Shown here: piece by piece, positions 26,101 through 39,699 of the stretch
Layout of the letters: each line of letters begins with the position of its first letter
Numbering within the stretch: the stretch's first letter is position 1
Assembly (NCBI GenBank): GCA_951406725.2
Contig: OX597828.1
Span: 7,626,001-7,690,000, forward strand
DNA length: 64,000 nt
Source: Octopus vulgaris
Taxonomy: Eukaryota
Direction: 5' to 3'
Translations under genes and position numbers: made by a program
Notes under the pieces: model-generated
Databases searched by the model: none
What the model was told of the DNA's origin: nothing
What the model saw: the letters and a program-made list of their open reading frames with translations, nothing else

Positions 26101-26451
26101 TGTAAAATTTCTTCCGGTACCGATGTCTTCTTCTATATTGGTGCGTCAACTTCAAAATTGTCCGAGAGAATTTCCAACCATTATTCAACTTTGCGTGATA
26201 GGAGAAAACAACAAAGTACAGGACTAAGTAAATTGGTTTGGCGTCTTAAGGACAACAATATAACTTTCAAGTTGGATTGGTCCATATTGTTTGTATCCTT
26301 TCCTTTTGATAAGGGCAGAAAATATTCTGTCATTTGTAATTCTGAACTCTTCTATATACTTTTCTCCAAGGTTCCTTTGGTAAACACATTTATAGAAAAA
26401 TCGTATAAGTGCAAGCATTGGCAAAAACACACTTTCCACTCATATAAATGA
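26101..26451 (+). pseudogene. PLE GIY-YIG endonuclease C-terminal fragment
   Basis: Open frame CKISSGTDVFFYIGASTSKLSERISNHYSTLR...TGLSKLVWRLK...WSIL...CNSELFYI...CKHWQK, 5'-truncated. Confidence 0.8.
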
Positions 26452-26982
26452 TAGATAATATTGATAACCTATTTGGTTTTAATAATTAGTTTTACGTCTA
26501 CGCCACTACCATAGACAAATTCTTTCTTTCTAACCCGTTACATGGAACAGTACTACTATATACCGTTGGCGTATCTCTTTACCTCTCCCCTTCTCTCTCT
26601 TTCTCTCTCTCTCTATCATACGCCCAATCAAACACACAGACACAAATTTGTCACATCACTACTAGATATATTTGACAATTGTCCCCCCCACACACACACA
26701 ATTACACACACATACATAGACACAAAAGCAGTTATATTCACACACTAATACACACACATAAACACTCACACTTATTAACATAAGCAAGCACCCGGGCATC
26801 CCCATTCATACAACAAACTTTTCGATCCCTTCCTATTTTTAATACTTCCTCCTTCCAACCAATTTTGACATCATTGCTAATAACGGATAATTTTTAAAAA
26901 AACACTCATTATCACTGTGGACGCAATGTAGGCAGTCATCAAAAAGCTTTTGTTCGTCGTGAGACTGATAGAGGCTCCTTGT

Positions 26983-27065
26983 CTTTCCTGAAGAGAAGAC
27001 GACATAATGCACACTTTATTCCTTCGGAATTAAGAATATGCAGTCTTCGAAACATGTGTCGAAAG
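26983..27065 (+). ncRNA. Type I hammerhead ribozyme motif (right arm)
   Basis: ctttc-CTGAAGA-gaagac(long structured loop)gtcttc-GAAA-catgtg-TC-gaaag. Palindromic acatgt in stem III; predicted cleavage after 27060. Confidence 0.85.
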
Positions 27066-27111
27066 TAAAGGAATTTTGTTAAAATCTTCGTTCGACTCCA
27101 TTCCTTTCATT

Positions 27112-27144
<33 letters not shown>

Positions 27145-28129
27145 ATATATGAATATTTAAAAAAAAATTAGGCTTGATTTACCAGCTCTTGATCGGAAAT
27201 AAGTAACTTTGAGTACTGGAATTTGGAGCCTTTCAGTTTTAATGTCTTAAAAAGATATTCTATATTTGTATTGTGTCCTATAATCAATCGCTTTTGGAGA
27301 ATAAACCGATTTCTGAAACAAGTAAAAGAATGAAAAATATATATATTGTTTACTTTTGGATGGCCATTTTCAGTTATCTTTATAGAACTGACATTATTTT
27401 TTTTCTACTATTGTAACACCTTTTCCTATTAGAAAGCTATTGTTAAAGTTTTACCTTTTCATGAGCCGTCCGTAGCATTTGGAAAATTTGTCAACTTCAT
27501 ATTTAATGAGCTTTTTTTCTCTCAATAACCTCTTTCGAAAATTTTCCTAGCAACTGTCAGAAAGCAGCTAACAAATGCTGACGTGTCCAAGCAATAACAT
27601 TAATATAATAATTTGTGTGTGTTTGTATGAGCGTGTGTATGACACACACACACACACACACATACATACATACACACACTCTCTCTCTTTCTTTCTTTCT
27701 TTCTCTCGCTTACTAACCTACAGACTCTACTTCTCCCTTCCTATCTTATTACTTCCTCCCGTTACATTGTTTCTCTTAACCTCTCACCTACCTCCCATGC
27801 TCAACAGTAAACCTGTGTAATTTGAAGAAAGACTGACTCCTGTCCTGTCGAACCATGTAACCACAAAAAGCGGGCGTAAAATAATAGCAGTACATACATA
27901 CATACATACATACATACATACATACATACATACATACATACATACATACATACATACATGCATGCATACATACATACATACATACATACATACATACATA
28001 CATACATGCATGCATGCATGCATGCATACATACATACATACATGCGTGGCTGTGTGGTAAGAAGTTTGCTTCCCAACCACATGATTCTGGGTTCAGTCTT
28101 ACTGCGTGGCACCTTGCGGATTCTTTCAT

Positions 28130-29590
28130 GTGTTTGATTTTGTCACAAGGATTGACAGGTAGAAGGGATGCAGAAACCCGAACAAAAATTCTATCAAAAT
28201 GGAAATGAACCAGGATTTAACATTGCAAAAGCTGTGTGACACGAGGAGTGTAACAGGATATTAAAATCAAGGCGTGGCACGGAAGAAATTCAACGGAAAG
28301 AATGTTTCCACATAGGACCAATGCAAAAAAGTAGGAAGACAAATAATGTGTTGCAGGAAAAACAGAAAAAATATCGTGATGTAGACACATATATGGCATG
28401 TGGTGGGATTCACCTGAAAAAAGATTGTCCGTATAAAAGTGCAAAGTGTTTTCGCTGCGGGCTAACAGGACATATGAAATCGCACTGCAAAACTAGAATG
28501 ATGGGAAAATGCAACAAACGAGAAAAAATAAATAGTTTCTTAGCAGGAAAAGTTGTGACTACAACAAAAAGAAAATTTGTGAATGTGAGAATTGAAAACA
28601 CTAGTGTCAGAATGCAATTAAACACGAGAAAACATGGGAACAAATGGGTAAACCAAAATTATGTAGTTCAAACAAAATAGCATTCGGTGTTACAGGGAGA
28701 AAATTATATTTCACAGGCGAACGCGTTTGTAATATAATGTTCAATGGTTGAACCAAAAAAGTGAATGTTTATGTGTTGAAAAGATCCATGAATATATTTG
28801 GCACAGAACGTATGGAGATATTTAATTTATGGGATATATCCATAAGCGCTTTGTGCAATAGCGTGAACGGAGCAGTGAAACGATCGAACGAGGTCGATGA
28901 ACTGAAAAAAAAAAAAACGCAAGAAATTTTCTCTAAAATCTTTTTCGGAAGGTTTAGGCTGTTGCACTAAAAAAAAATTCAACACCTATTTTCAGGCTCA
29001 AATGGAACGTGCCATTTGCGGCGATAGAAGAGGTCAATAAAGAACTAGAAAGGTTGGAAATACTGAAAAGATTGACCAAACAGACTGGGCAACACCGGCG
29101 ATGTACGTAAAAAAAAAAATAATAATAAGCTAAGAGTGTGTGCAGACTTCTCAACCAGGTTAAACGACTTTTTACTCACACAATTATCCATTTCCCAGCC
29201 CAGAAGAAGTATTTGCTAAACTAAACGGAGGCGCACCTTCAAATTCACTTAGAGGAAGATTACACATATCTACTCACAATCAACTTGCAACGTGGATTGT
29301 ACAAGTTCAAACGACTGTTGTTTGGAGTAAAAGTGGCACTCGCTATATTCCAACAAATAATGGATGCGATGTTAAGTGATTGCGACTTCCCCATCACATG
29401 CCTAGATGACATTCTGATAAGGAGCGAGTCTCGGGTGCAACATGTCGAACACATGAAGAAAGTATTCGAGAGGATAAGTGAATACGGATTAAAACTAACG
29501 AAAGAAGAATGCGAATTTTTTATGGAAAAAAATAAAATACCTAGGTCAAATAATCGACGGAAGTAGACGCAGACCAGACCCATCGAGGGC
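28130..29590 (+). mobile_element. Degenerate Ty3/Gypsy LTR-retrotransposon gag-pro-RT fragment
   Basis: Zinc knuckles CGGIHLKKDC and CFRCGLTGHMKSHC; protease-like KFVNVRIENTSVRMQLNT; RT RGLYKFKRLLFGVKVALAIFQQIMD...CLDDILI. Many frameshifts, no LTRs seen. Confidence 0.88.
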
Positions 29591-29597
29591 GGCGGTG

Positions 29598-29681
<84 letters not shown>

Positions 29682-30143
29682 GAAGGTAAAAAGAGAGAAA
29701 ATAGAACGCTTCTGATAATGCGGGAAGTTTAAATAAAAACGTTATATGTCTTGCGCAAAGGCGCATCTTCAGCAGAAGTTTATATAAGTGCGAGGGTATT
29801 TGAATGATTTAATGGAACTATAAAGGTTTTAGTAAACTTACCGCATAGTCAGAAGCTTTCTGTTTTCTCTTTTTTCCCCTTGCATTACAATGCTTCAAGC
29901 GAGCTAGAACGCTCTGATATACATATAGTCAGTTCAAATAAACAGACAATTCAAATAAACGACGAATAAAAAAATAAAAAACGAACAATTAAAATGAACG
30001 TGATGATGTGCACACGAAACGTATTCGCTTAACGCTCGGTGAAAGGAGAGAATCTGACGTTTCAAACATAACTCTTTGTCGGAGAGGAGAAAGGGAAAAT
30101 ACCAAGGATGGAAAAGAAATCGCCAACGGCACACGTGTAGTTA

Positions 30144-30238
<95 letters not shown>

Positions 30239-30387
30239 TATATTTCTCAAATCTTTGCGGAATGGACTACTCATTTCACTGATACACAAATTTGATTATA
30301 TATCATTTCAATTTAACTGTATAGGTATTTCTTCATTTGATTCTTTCACACCTGCGTGTTACCATTTATTCATAAAACAGTTAATAG

Positions 30388-30421
<34 letters not shown>

Positions 30422-31265
30422 CATACATACATACATACATACATACATACATACATACATACATACAAACACACATATAGGGATACATGCAAACATACAA
30501 AGAAATTCTTTGTGTGTTTAAACACGGACACACGCACACCCACGCACACATACATATTATGTCTATTTTGAATCTATATAATGAATGTATGCATTATGTA
30601 TGTAACTACGTATGTATATGTACAAATATACGTACTTCCTACATACGACCTGACATATTTGACATAAGACTCATTATACAGGTTTGGTAACCTTTGTGAA
30701 TCAATGCCAAATATTGTATAAGCGTTCATACGTATGAAAAAAGTACTGAAGATGGGCAATGGCCTTCGTTTTTCTGGGTAAAATAAAGAGCCTGGGAAAT
30801 ATAATTTCATTTTTCTTAGGTTGTCAACATTTACAGTTAAAACTATTTTCCTGATTACTATAACGCAGCCACTAACGAAGCCAATATAATATTTTTTTCG
30901 GAGTATGCGCTACAAACACCAATCTGGTTCACTGTGACATCACACAATGAAAATCCACCCGACCGTTGTTCATTTGATATATCTGTTCCTCATATTTCAG
31001 TTTGTCTTTATTGTTTCGATCGAGTGCAAGTGGTACGCACGGATCACCGAGTACCATTGGAGTATTATGCACGAATCCATGTATGTATGTATGTACGTAT
31101 GTATGTATGTATGTATGTATGTATGTATGTATGTATGTATGTATGTATGTATGTATGTATGTATGTATGTACATCGACTCTCGAACACACACACAATATA
31201 TATTGCATTCTCAACACCTAAAATCTGAATCTCCTATAGTATTTTCTGCGTGAGAATAAACCTCT

Positions 31266-31334
<69 letters not shown>

Positions 31335-31362
31335 AATATATGTATATGTCTCTATAGACATG

Positions 31363-31402
<40 letters not shown>

Positions 31403-31492
31403 CGTGTGTATATATGTCTATATATATGTATATGTCTATCTATCTATCTATCTATATATATATATATATGTATGTATATGTTTATATATATA

Positions 31493-32010
31493 CTAGCAGC
31501 ATAGCCCGGTGTTGCCCGGGTATGTTGCCCCTAGTAGGCAACGACTAATCCCAATCTAGTCCTTTCCCTCTAATTTCCTGCCAATTTGTGAAAGATATTG
31601 TCGAAAATATGTCATCTTGAATTTGAACGCGATTTCCCAAAATGGCATGATTTTATCGATTTTTTCTGATGGTAAGGTATTGCATGGAAAACTAACGTTA
31701 GAATTGTTTCTTAGGGTAACATTAAGCTTCACCATGAGTTTGGTGAAAATCGATTGCAAGTTGCGAAAACTACAACAGAAAATGTGTTGCATATAAAAAG
31801 CTTAGATTCTCGACCCCATGTCGAATTTATCGATTTTTTTCAGAACTGGAGGAACTGTTCAAAATTTTCGCTCTGTTAGTTTTGAATTATGACATTGGGC
31901 TATGTGTGTGTCAAGTTTCATCAGAATCGGTTGAAAGCTGTGGTCAGGGTGAGGGTACAACCTGACAGACACACAGACACACAGACAGACAAACTGCCGT
32001 TTATATATAT
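31493..32010 (-). mobile_element. Non-autonomous Helitron
   Basis: 3' CTAG at 31493-31496 with a GC hairpin (cccgg/ccggg, 31505-31520) just upstream on the minus strand. The other end, aagtttcatcagaatcggtt...acagacagac...tttatata, is typical of short invertebrate Helitrons. Confidence 0.7.
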
Positions 32011-33064
32011 ATATATATATATATATGTTATATATGTATATATCTATATGATTCTATATGCGTGTGTGTGTGTATTTTCCTATATATCTAATATAAGAAA
32101 TGCGAAAACTAATTTCTGTGTGCTAGTGTGTCACACTCTTGCTCACTCTCTCACTATTGCATGTCACTTCTTCGTGCTAAGGTGAGAGTAATAGCAAGCA
32201 AAAAGACGGGGAGGGCGATAGCGAAGACAGAGAGAGAGAGGGAGGGAGAGAGAGTGAAAGAAAAGTGAAAGAGAGAAAGAGACACAAATAACTTTAGGTA
32301 GAGTTGATGATGCTTTATTAAAGGTAGTAAAGTTGGTGGTGGCAATAGGAGTAATAATAAAATAAGAGAGAGAGAGAGTGTGTGGGAATGTGAGAGAAAG
32401 AGGGAGATGATGTACAACTCTCCTGGACAGAAATTCCTGTGGCCAGCATGCTGAACAAACTACTGGACAGTATCATTTTTATTTTCTTTTTTGCTTTCTT
32501 TAATATATACATGCATACATACACACACACACATGGCATACATACATACATACATACATACATACATACATACATACATACACACACACTCATGTATATA
32601 CATATACATACACACATACATATAAAATACACTTTAATTGAAATACAGTCTCCCCCAAATTAAACATATCTAATATAATAAATGTGAATATCAGTGTGTC
32701 AGTGTGTCACACTTTTCCAGCTTTACTCCTAGAAGCTGTACCCCAGCATATCATACCATTTTGGAATCAGGCTGACTTTGTGAGTAAATTAAAAACATTC
32801 GGTGCCGAATCCGGTCCTGAAATCCTGAAATTTTGGATTCCTATGTTTTCATTACTGCGATTGTTTTCGGCGATTGTTTTTACCATGACTGTTTGTGACG
32901 AATATGATCATCATTGAGATATGACCCTGGAGGAAACAATTGCAACAAATTCTCCAAAACAAGTCAGAGATGTGTTTGTAGATCTTCCCATTCGGTGTTA
33001 GCTACATACAAGCTTAAAAGCCGCCCTATGGAGCGACGTTTAATCTACCATGTAGCCTTCAAAC

Positions 33065-33180
<116 letters not shown>

Positions 33181-33514
33181 ATATATATATAATGTACACT
33201 CAGCAAGCTGAGTGTTTACGAAGTTCGCTACGCAAGTATGAGGCTACAGGTTCAATCCTACCATGGGATATGGTAATCTTCTGTGACCTCAGGTCGACCC
33301 ATACCTTGCGAGTAAAAATTTGCTTGATGGGAACCGGATAAAACTCCCAGGAATTCAAAATGTACAGTGTTGTTACAAATTATTAGGCTGGGAAGTTTAC
33401 TTAAACATACAATTGTCTGTGAAATGTTAAGCCACTTACGTGTTATTCAGAAGTTAATTCATTTAATCATCTGAATTACCATCGTCAACCGAAGGGGGTC
33501 CAACACCGTCATAA

Positions 33515-33651
<137 letters not shown>

Positions 33652-33899
33652 TATTTATCTGTTTCCAGTTTTGTGTATAATGAATGAAAACCAGCATTGG
33701 GTTGTTTACGTCCTCGTAACTTGGCGGTTCGGTAGCGAGAGAGAGGGGAGTGATAGAAAAGAGACCAGAGATTAACAATAATAAATTAGTATCGAGATCG
33801 TTTCATTCGACTAAAAAATTAAGGCGGTACTTCAGCATGGGCGCAGTCTAATGATTGAAACAAATACAAAAGAAAAACAGATATATATATATATATATA

Positions 33900-34873
33900 T
33901 CGCGGAACACCTTCGTGACATCCGCCTTGCGAACGACACACCGGTCTCACGCCATTTCCGCTCCACCGGTCACTGCTTGCAACACCTGTCTGTGTTCGGT
34001 TTGTCCTTACACAGAGGCCATCCGGATTCCCGTTTGCGCCGTGAACAGGAATTAATCTTCTCTCTACGCTCTTATACGCCATTTGGTCTCAACTCTCCCC
34101 CCTCCTCATCTAACCCCCCTCTCTCTCCCCTCCTCATCTAACCTCCCCCCGACCCCTACTTCTCTTCAGTCCTTCATCCTTTCACCCCTACTCCTCTTCC
34201 CTTCTTCCCTCTTTCTCCCTCCCTCCTTTTTCCCTCTTCCCCTTCCCTCTGCTCCCTCCCTCCCCTTCTCTCTCTCTCCCCCTCTCCCTCTCTCCTCCCT
34301 CCTCCTCTCCTTCCTTCTCTCCCTCCTTCTCTCCCCTCCTCTTCTCCCCTTTCCTTCTCCCATTTATTTCTCCCCCTCCCCCTCCCCCTTATCCCCCCTT
34401 ACCCCTCTTCTCCTCTCTTTACACTACACCATACGACTTTACACATCACATCATATATACATACACACGTCCAGACCTCTCATACGCACTAATACTCTCT
34501 CATACACACACACACACTCTTCTCATACACACACACACACACTCTTATGTTGGAGTGAGGTCATTCAACCCTATTATCTCCCCTAATTTCGCTCTTGCGT
34601 CTCATGTTTGATCTTTGACTTCTGGCCGAAATCAGATCGCCATGTTGATTCGCTAGATTCTGCACGCATATTTTTTCTCTCCTTCTTTCTGTGTTTTTTC
34701 TCTGTGTATCTTTCTGTTGAAGAGCGTAGGCTCGAAACGTTAAAGACTTGTTTTATTTATATTTCCTGAGCGCCATACTAATACAATTGTTTGTTTGTAT
34801 TCCACCTGCCTTCGTCTTTTGTTTATTTCCGTAAACCTGCCTTCGTCTTTTGTCTATTTCATAAAGCTTCCCG

Positions 34874-34876
<3 letters not shown>
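33900..34876 (+). mobile_element. 5'-truncated Penelope-like element inside (TA)n
   Basis: AEHLRDIRLANDTPVSRHF...RLRREQELIFSLRSYTPFGLN (GIY-YIG end), then CT-rich and CA-rich tracts, then a terminal unit also found at 46068-46255 and 59780-59950. (TA)n lies on both sides. Confidence 0.85.
34709..34746 (+). ncRNA. Minimal hammerhead-like motif with variant core
   Basis: tcttt-CTGTTGA-a-gagc(gtag)gctc-GAAA-cg-TT-aaaga. Confidence 0.6.
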
Positions 34877-34948
<72 letters not shown>

Positions 34949-35527
34949 CACATACATACATACATATTAGCATATATAGCAAATGAGATGAAGGAACTTG
35001 CAGATGTAATTATTGACAATATGGTGTTTTCAATGTCTATGGGACACAAGAGGATTGCAGAAGAATCTGCAGACTGTCCCATTGCAGAAAGTGTTAGAGG
35101 TATAGGTTTCCTTCCTACTGCGCTTCAGTAAACAATTGGTAGACGGAACTGTGTGTAACAACCAGTGAAAGAAAACCCTATGGAAGACGTAGCAAAGAAA
35201 GGAGTACAGTCCAGCAAATGATTCAGTGTAGAATTCTTAATATATCTGTAGAAAATATTTGTACTACGTATATATGTAGCAAAAGGAATGTGTAGAGAAT
35301 TAAGTGAAGATAAGTAAAAAAGGTAATTTTATAAAAAGGATACAGGTACAAATTAATACACGATGAGTTCAGTGTTCACTCACTGAGACCCAGTGATTCT
35401 TTTATTGTTTTATTTAAGTGCTATGATTGATTGCATGCCGAAGAACATCAGTCATTTACCAACTAAATCACACCATGAATTTAGGTCATGATTAAATGCA
35501 ACGTAATTTTTTTAAAAAATTCATACA

Positions 35528-35553
35528 ACGGAAACTGAAAGAAGCCTGTCGTA

Positions 35554-35612
<59 letters not shown>

Positions 35613-36233
35613 ATGTGTGTGTGTATTTGTGTGTCTGTGTTTGTCCCCCAACATTGCTTGAAAACAGATGTTGGTGTGTTTACATCCAAGTAACTTAGCA
35701 GTTCAGCAAAAGAGACCGATAGAATAAGTACTAGGCTTACAAAGAATAAGTCCTTGGGTCAATTTGCTCGACTAAAGGCGGTGCCCCAGCATGGCCTGAA
35801 ACAAGTAAAAGAGTAAAAGAGAGAGAGAACAGCTACTTTTAAAACTGGTTAGCTTGGGAGTTGACAAGTATAGCCGCAATCCTCCACGTGGTCGCTTTGT
35901 TTTGGCTGCCAGAACAAAGCGATCACGTGGAGGATTGCGGCTATACTTGTCAACTCCCAAGCTAACCAGTTTTAAAAGTAGCTGTTCTCTCTCTCTTTAC
36001 TCTTTTACTTGTTTCAGTCATTTGACTGTGGCCATGCTGGAGCACCGCCTTTAGTCGAGCAAATTGACCCCAGGACTTATTCTTTGTAAGCCTAGTACTT
36101 ATTCTATCGGTCTCTTTTGCTGAACTGCTAAGTTACTTGGATGTAAACACACCAACATCTGTTTTCAAGCAATGTTGGGGGACAAACACAGACACACAAA
36201 TACACACACACACACACATACACACACACACAT

Positions 36234-36282
<49 letters not shown>

Positions 36283-36375
36283 TACTTTGATATACTTTGA
36301 TAGGTTTCGGCCATTATTGGCCCAGGCCATGTCTAACTTAATAGCACCACCTGACAGGCTTCTTTCAGTTTCCGT
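35528..36375. repeat. Near-perfect foldback palindrome centred at 35907
   Basis: ...gctttgttttggc-t-gccagaacaaagc... Each arm contains about 80 bp of unique DNA plus the 3' part of one SINE-A copy with shared private substitutions. Confidence 0.95.
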
Positions 36376-36513
36376 CTACCAAATCCACTCACAAGACTTT
36401 GGTCGGCCCGAGGTTATAGTAGAAGATACTTGCCTAAGATGCCACGCAGTGGGACTGAACCCGGAACCATGTGGTTGGTAAGCAAGCTACATACCACACA
36501 GCCACTCCTGCGC
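35995..36513 (-). mobile_element. SINE-A copy (right palindrome arm) with about 70 bp of extra sequence beside its microsatellite
   Basis: Full head ends ...cagccactcctgcgc at about 36513. Extra sequence at about 36285-36352. Confidence 0.9.
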
Positions 36514-37884
36514 GTTGAATTTCCCAAAATTCTAAATAAATGGTTCGGTACATGAAATAATTTCTTACATTATTACAATTTTACAGCTATATGGAGAAGC
36601 TTAAGTCGGTATGATTGCATTACTATTTGATTGGCTCTTGTAGTGACTCAGGAGGGAACATAGCCAAACCTGATTTGACGGAATTTTAACACATATCACA
36701 AAATCTTATGTATATAACAAGAAACGAAGTACCATCCAATGCCTTCTACTTAACATATAGCAAAATCGAAGCATCCCAGCTCAGATCAAAACCAAATAAT
36801 TTTAAATAGAAAGTATATTAAATGAAATTAGGATCATTTAGTTTCTAATGATAATTCATGTCATAAATTGTAAATTACTATATTTATCATAAATAATTAG
36901 CTAAATTTAATTATAATATCTAAACAATTGAATTTTCATAATAATTCACATTTTTGAAGAAACATTCCAAAATACCTTCAGCTGTGTGATTAAGGAGTTT
37001 GATTTACAATAAAACGGTCTCAGGTTCGATTCTATTGTACGACACCTTGAACAAGGGACTTCTACGATGTCATCGATTAGATTAAAGATTGGCGAGTAAA
37101 ATACTTCTATCGATGGAACCAGCGTAAAACCTGTCATTTAATCGTTCCTATTCTAAGAAGTTATGCTTTGATCGTCATTCAGTTGTAGCATTCTTTACTC
37201 GCACGTGGTGAAGTGGGGTGGGACATGAGCAGAGACCGCTTTGTTGTAAGCATTTGTACAAGAAAAGCTCCACAGTTTGAGTAAAACTACATCTCATTTA
37301 CCTTCGCAACGCAACGAAAAGTCAAGGACGCTACCTTCCCACTTTTGACTAAGCTGCCATTGAGAAGAAAAATATGATTTGTTTATTTGTAAATGTTTAT
37401 CTTTTTATTGTGCAATCCAGTTCAAGATCAGTCATTTGAATTTTTCACATAATTTTGCGCTAGTCTATTTGTAATGTTTCTTTTATTTATTTTTTCCGTT
37501 ATTGTAATTGTTTGACAGCAGACAAGTTTTGTGTGTTTGCGCTAATTTCCTCGTGAAGTAAGTGGAAACAAATTTACATAATTTATATAGCAGAACTAGA
37601 AATGAATAGATAATGAGTAGGCAAAAGCTATAAGAAAAAAAAAAGTAACAACACTGCAGCATATAATTAAAAGAAAGACTTTAATTCATTTGATTGACAT
37701 TCATGTCTATACCATCGTAGGAGTGAAGCAACATGTGTGTGTTTATGTGTATGTGTGTGTGTATGTGAATGTGCGTGTAAATACATACATACATACATAC
37801 ATACATACATACATACATACATTCAGTCAGACTCTGGCACACACAAATGCCAATACACTCACACATAAATACATACATATCTTT

Positions 37885-38265
37885 TATCTTTTGACCTTAT
37901 CGTTTACTTCTTTCAGTCATTAGACTACGGCCATGCTGGGGCACCGCCGTGAAGAACTTTAAGTCGAATGAATCAACTCCAGTGATTTTTTGAAAAACCT
38001 AATACTTATTCAATCAGTTCCTTTTTCCGAACCACTAAGTTACGGGAACATAAACAAACGAACTCCGGCTGTTCAGCGGCAATGTGGGACAAGCACGGAC
38101 ACACACATGCAACGGACTTTTTTCAGTTTCCGTCTACCAAATTCATTCACAAAGTTTTGGTCGGCCCGAGGCTAGAGTAAGACACTTGTCCAAGGTGCTA
38201 CACAGAAGGACTGAACTCAGAACCATGTTGTTGGAAATCAAACTTCTTACCACGCAGCCACGTCT
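37885..38265 (-). mobile_element. SINE-A copy, diverged
   Basis: Reverse-complement body and head. Confidence 0.85.
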
Positions 38266-38281
38266 GCACACATATATACCC

Positions 38282-38320
<39 letters not shown>

Positions 38321-38859
38321 GTATAGGCATTATATATGCGTGTGTATACACGTATGTATGTAGGTACGTATATTTACATAAAATACAAATAAAAACATAT
38401 ATAAAAATGCCACGAGTTAAGAAACATTGTAAGAACAAGTTTAATATCGAATTACTTTTAGAATTAAAATGACGGGATAAAAATTAACAAAGTTCAACAT
38501 GACAAAAGACACTAACTAGAAAGCAATCCACTTTCCCACTTTTTTCCAACAAATGAATGGTTGTTCTGTTGTCGTTGTGAAACATGTTCAACGGCCAATA
38601 ATGCCCGAACATTGCTGTCTTGTGTTCACTTGGTATAGCTTCTTGACACATATCTGCTGTCATTTATTTTATCTTGCTTTCTCCACTCGTCACTCAAGTC
38701 ATTATATTTAAAGAGAAGCTGGAATGAGAGAGTTGTGACGTGTGCATTTATTTATTTTTTTCTCAATAGCCTCCACAGCAGAAGTCAAAGCGACGTGGCT
38801 AAAAGATGGAAGAGAGAGTGAATAGTAACATTTTAGTTTGAGAATGTTATCAAATTACT

Positions 38860-39028
38860 GGCGCAGGAGTGGCTGTGTGGTAAGTGGCTTGCTTACCAAC
38901 CACATGGTTCCGGATTCAGTCCCACTGCGTGGCACCTTGGGCAAGTGTCTTCTACTATAGCCTCGGGCCGACCAAAGCCTTGTTAGTGGATTTGGTGGAC
39001 GGAAACTGAAAGAAGCCCGTCATATATA

Positions 39029-39099
<71 letters not shown>

Positions 39100-39307
39100 T
39101 TGTGTGTCTGTGTTTGTCCCCCCCACCATCGCTTGACAACCGATGCTGGTGTGTATACGTCCCCGTAACTTAGCGGTTCGGCAAAAAGAGACCGATGGAA
39201 TAAGTACTAGGCTTACAAAGAATAAGTCCTGGGGGTCGATTTACTCGACTAAAAGCGGTGCTCCAGCATGGCCGCAGTCAGATGACTGAAACAAGTAAAA
39301 GAGTAAA
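38860..39307 (+). mobile_element. SINE-A, full-length near-consensus copy
   Basis: ggcgcaggagtggctgtgtggtaag...ggattcagtccc...(TA)n(TG)n...gaaacaagtaaaagagtaaa. Confidence 0.93.
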
Positions 39308-39352
39308 CTCTTAGTGGAAATATTGGAGGCTTTTTGGCTTAGAAACACTAAC

Positions 39353-39647
39353 TGGCATTCTGTCGGTTTCTACGGTGAGGACCCCAGTTGATCCGAACAA
39401 CGGAACAACCTGCTCGTGAAGTTATCGTGTAAGTGACTGGGTACTCCACCGACACGCGATCCCTTAACGTAGTTCTCAATGAGATTCAACGTACAGCAGA
39501 ATGTGACACGGCTGGCCCTTTGAATTACATGTAGGACTCGTTTTTGTCAGTGGACTGGAGCAACTTGAAATAAAATGTATTGCTGAAAGATACAACACGC
39601 GACCAGGTGTCGAAGTCACGACCTTAACCACTAAACCTCGCGCCTTC
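39353..39647 (-). mobile_element. Third tRNA-derived SINE family (SINE-C)
   Basis: Reverse head aggcgcgaggtttagtggttaagg...acttcgacacctgg (A/B-box-like), with a body unlike SINE-A or SINE-B. Confidence 0.6.
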
Positions 39648-39699
39648 TCAAAGAAAAGGCATGATCCCTTATTTTCCATTGCCTTCGAGACTAGTTATA

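Larger units (their letters stand above)
25432..27114 (+). mobile_element. Penelope-like element with inverted pseudo-LTRs (25432-26066 and 26500-27114) around a GIY-YIG fragment
   Basis: Arms are near-identical reverse complements of about 620 bp. The centre encodes a GIY-YIG C-terminus. The right end abuts (TA)n. Confidence 0.88.

Noticed and set aside
38860-38935. tRNA gene
   Set aside because: A/B-box-like head continues into the SINE body; no cloverleaf.
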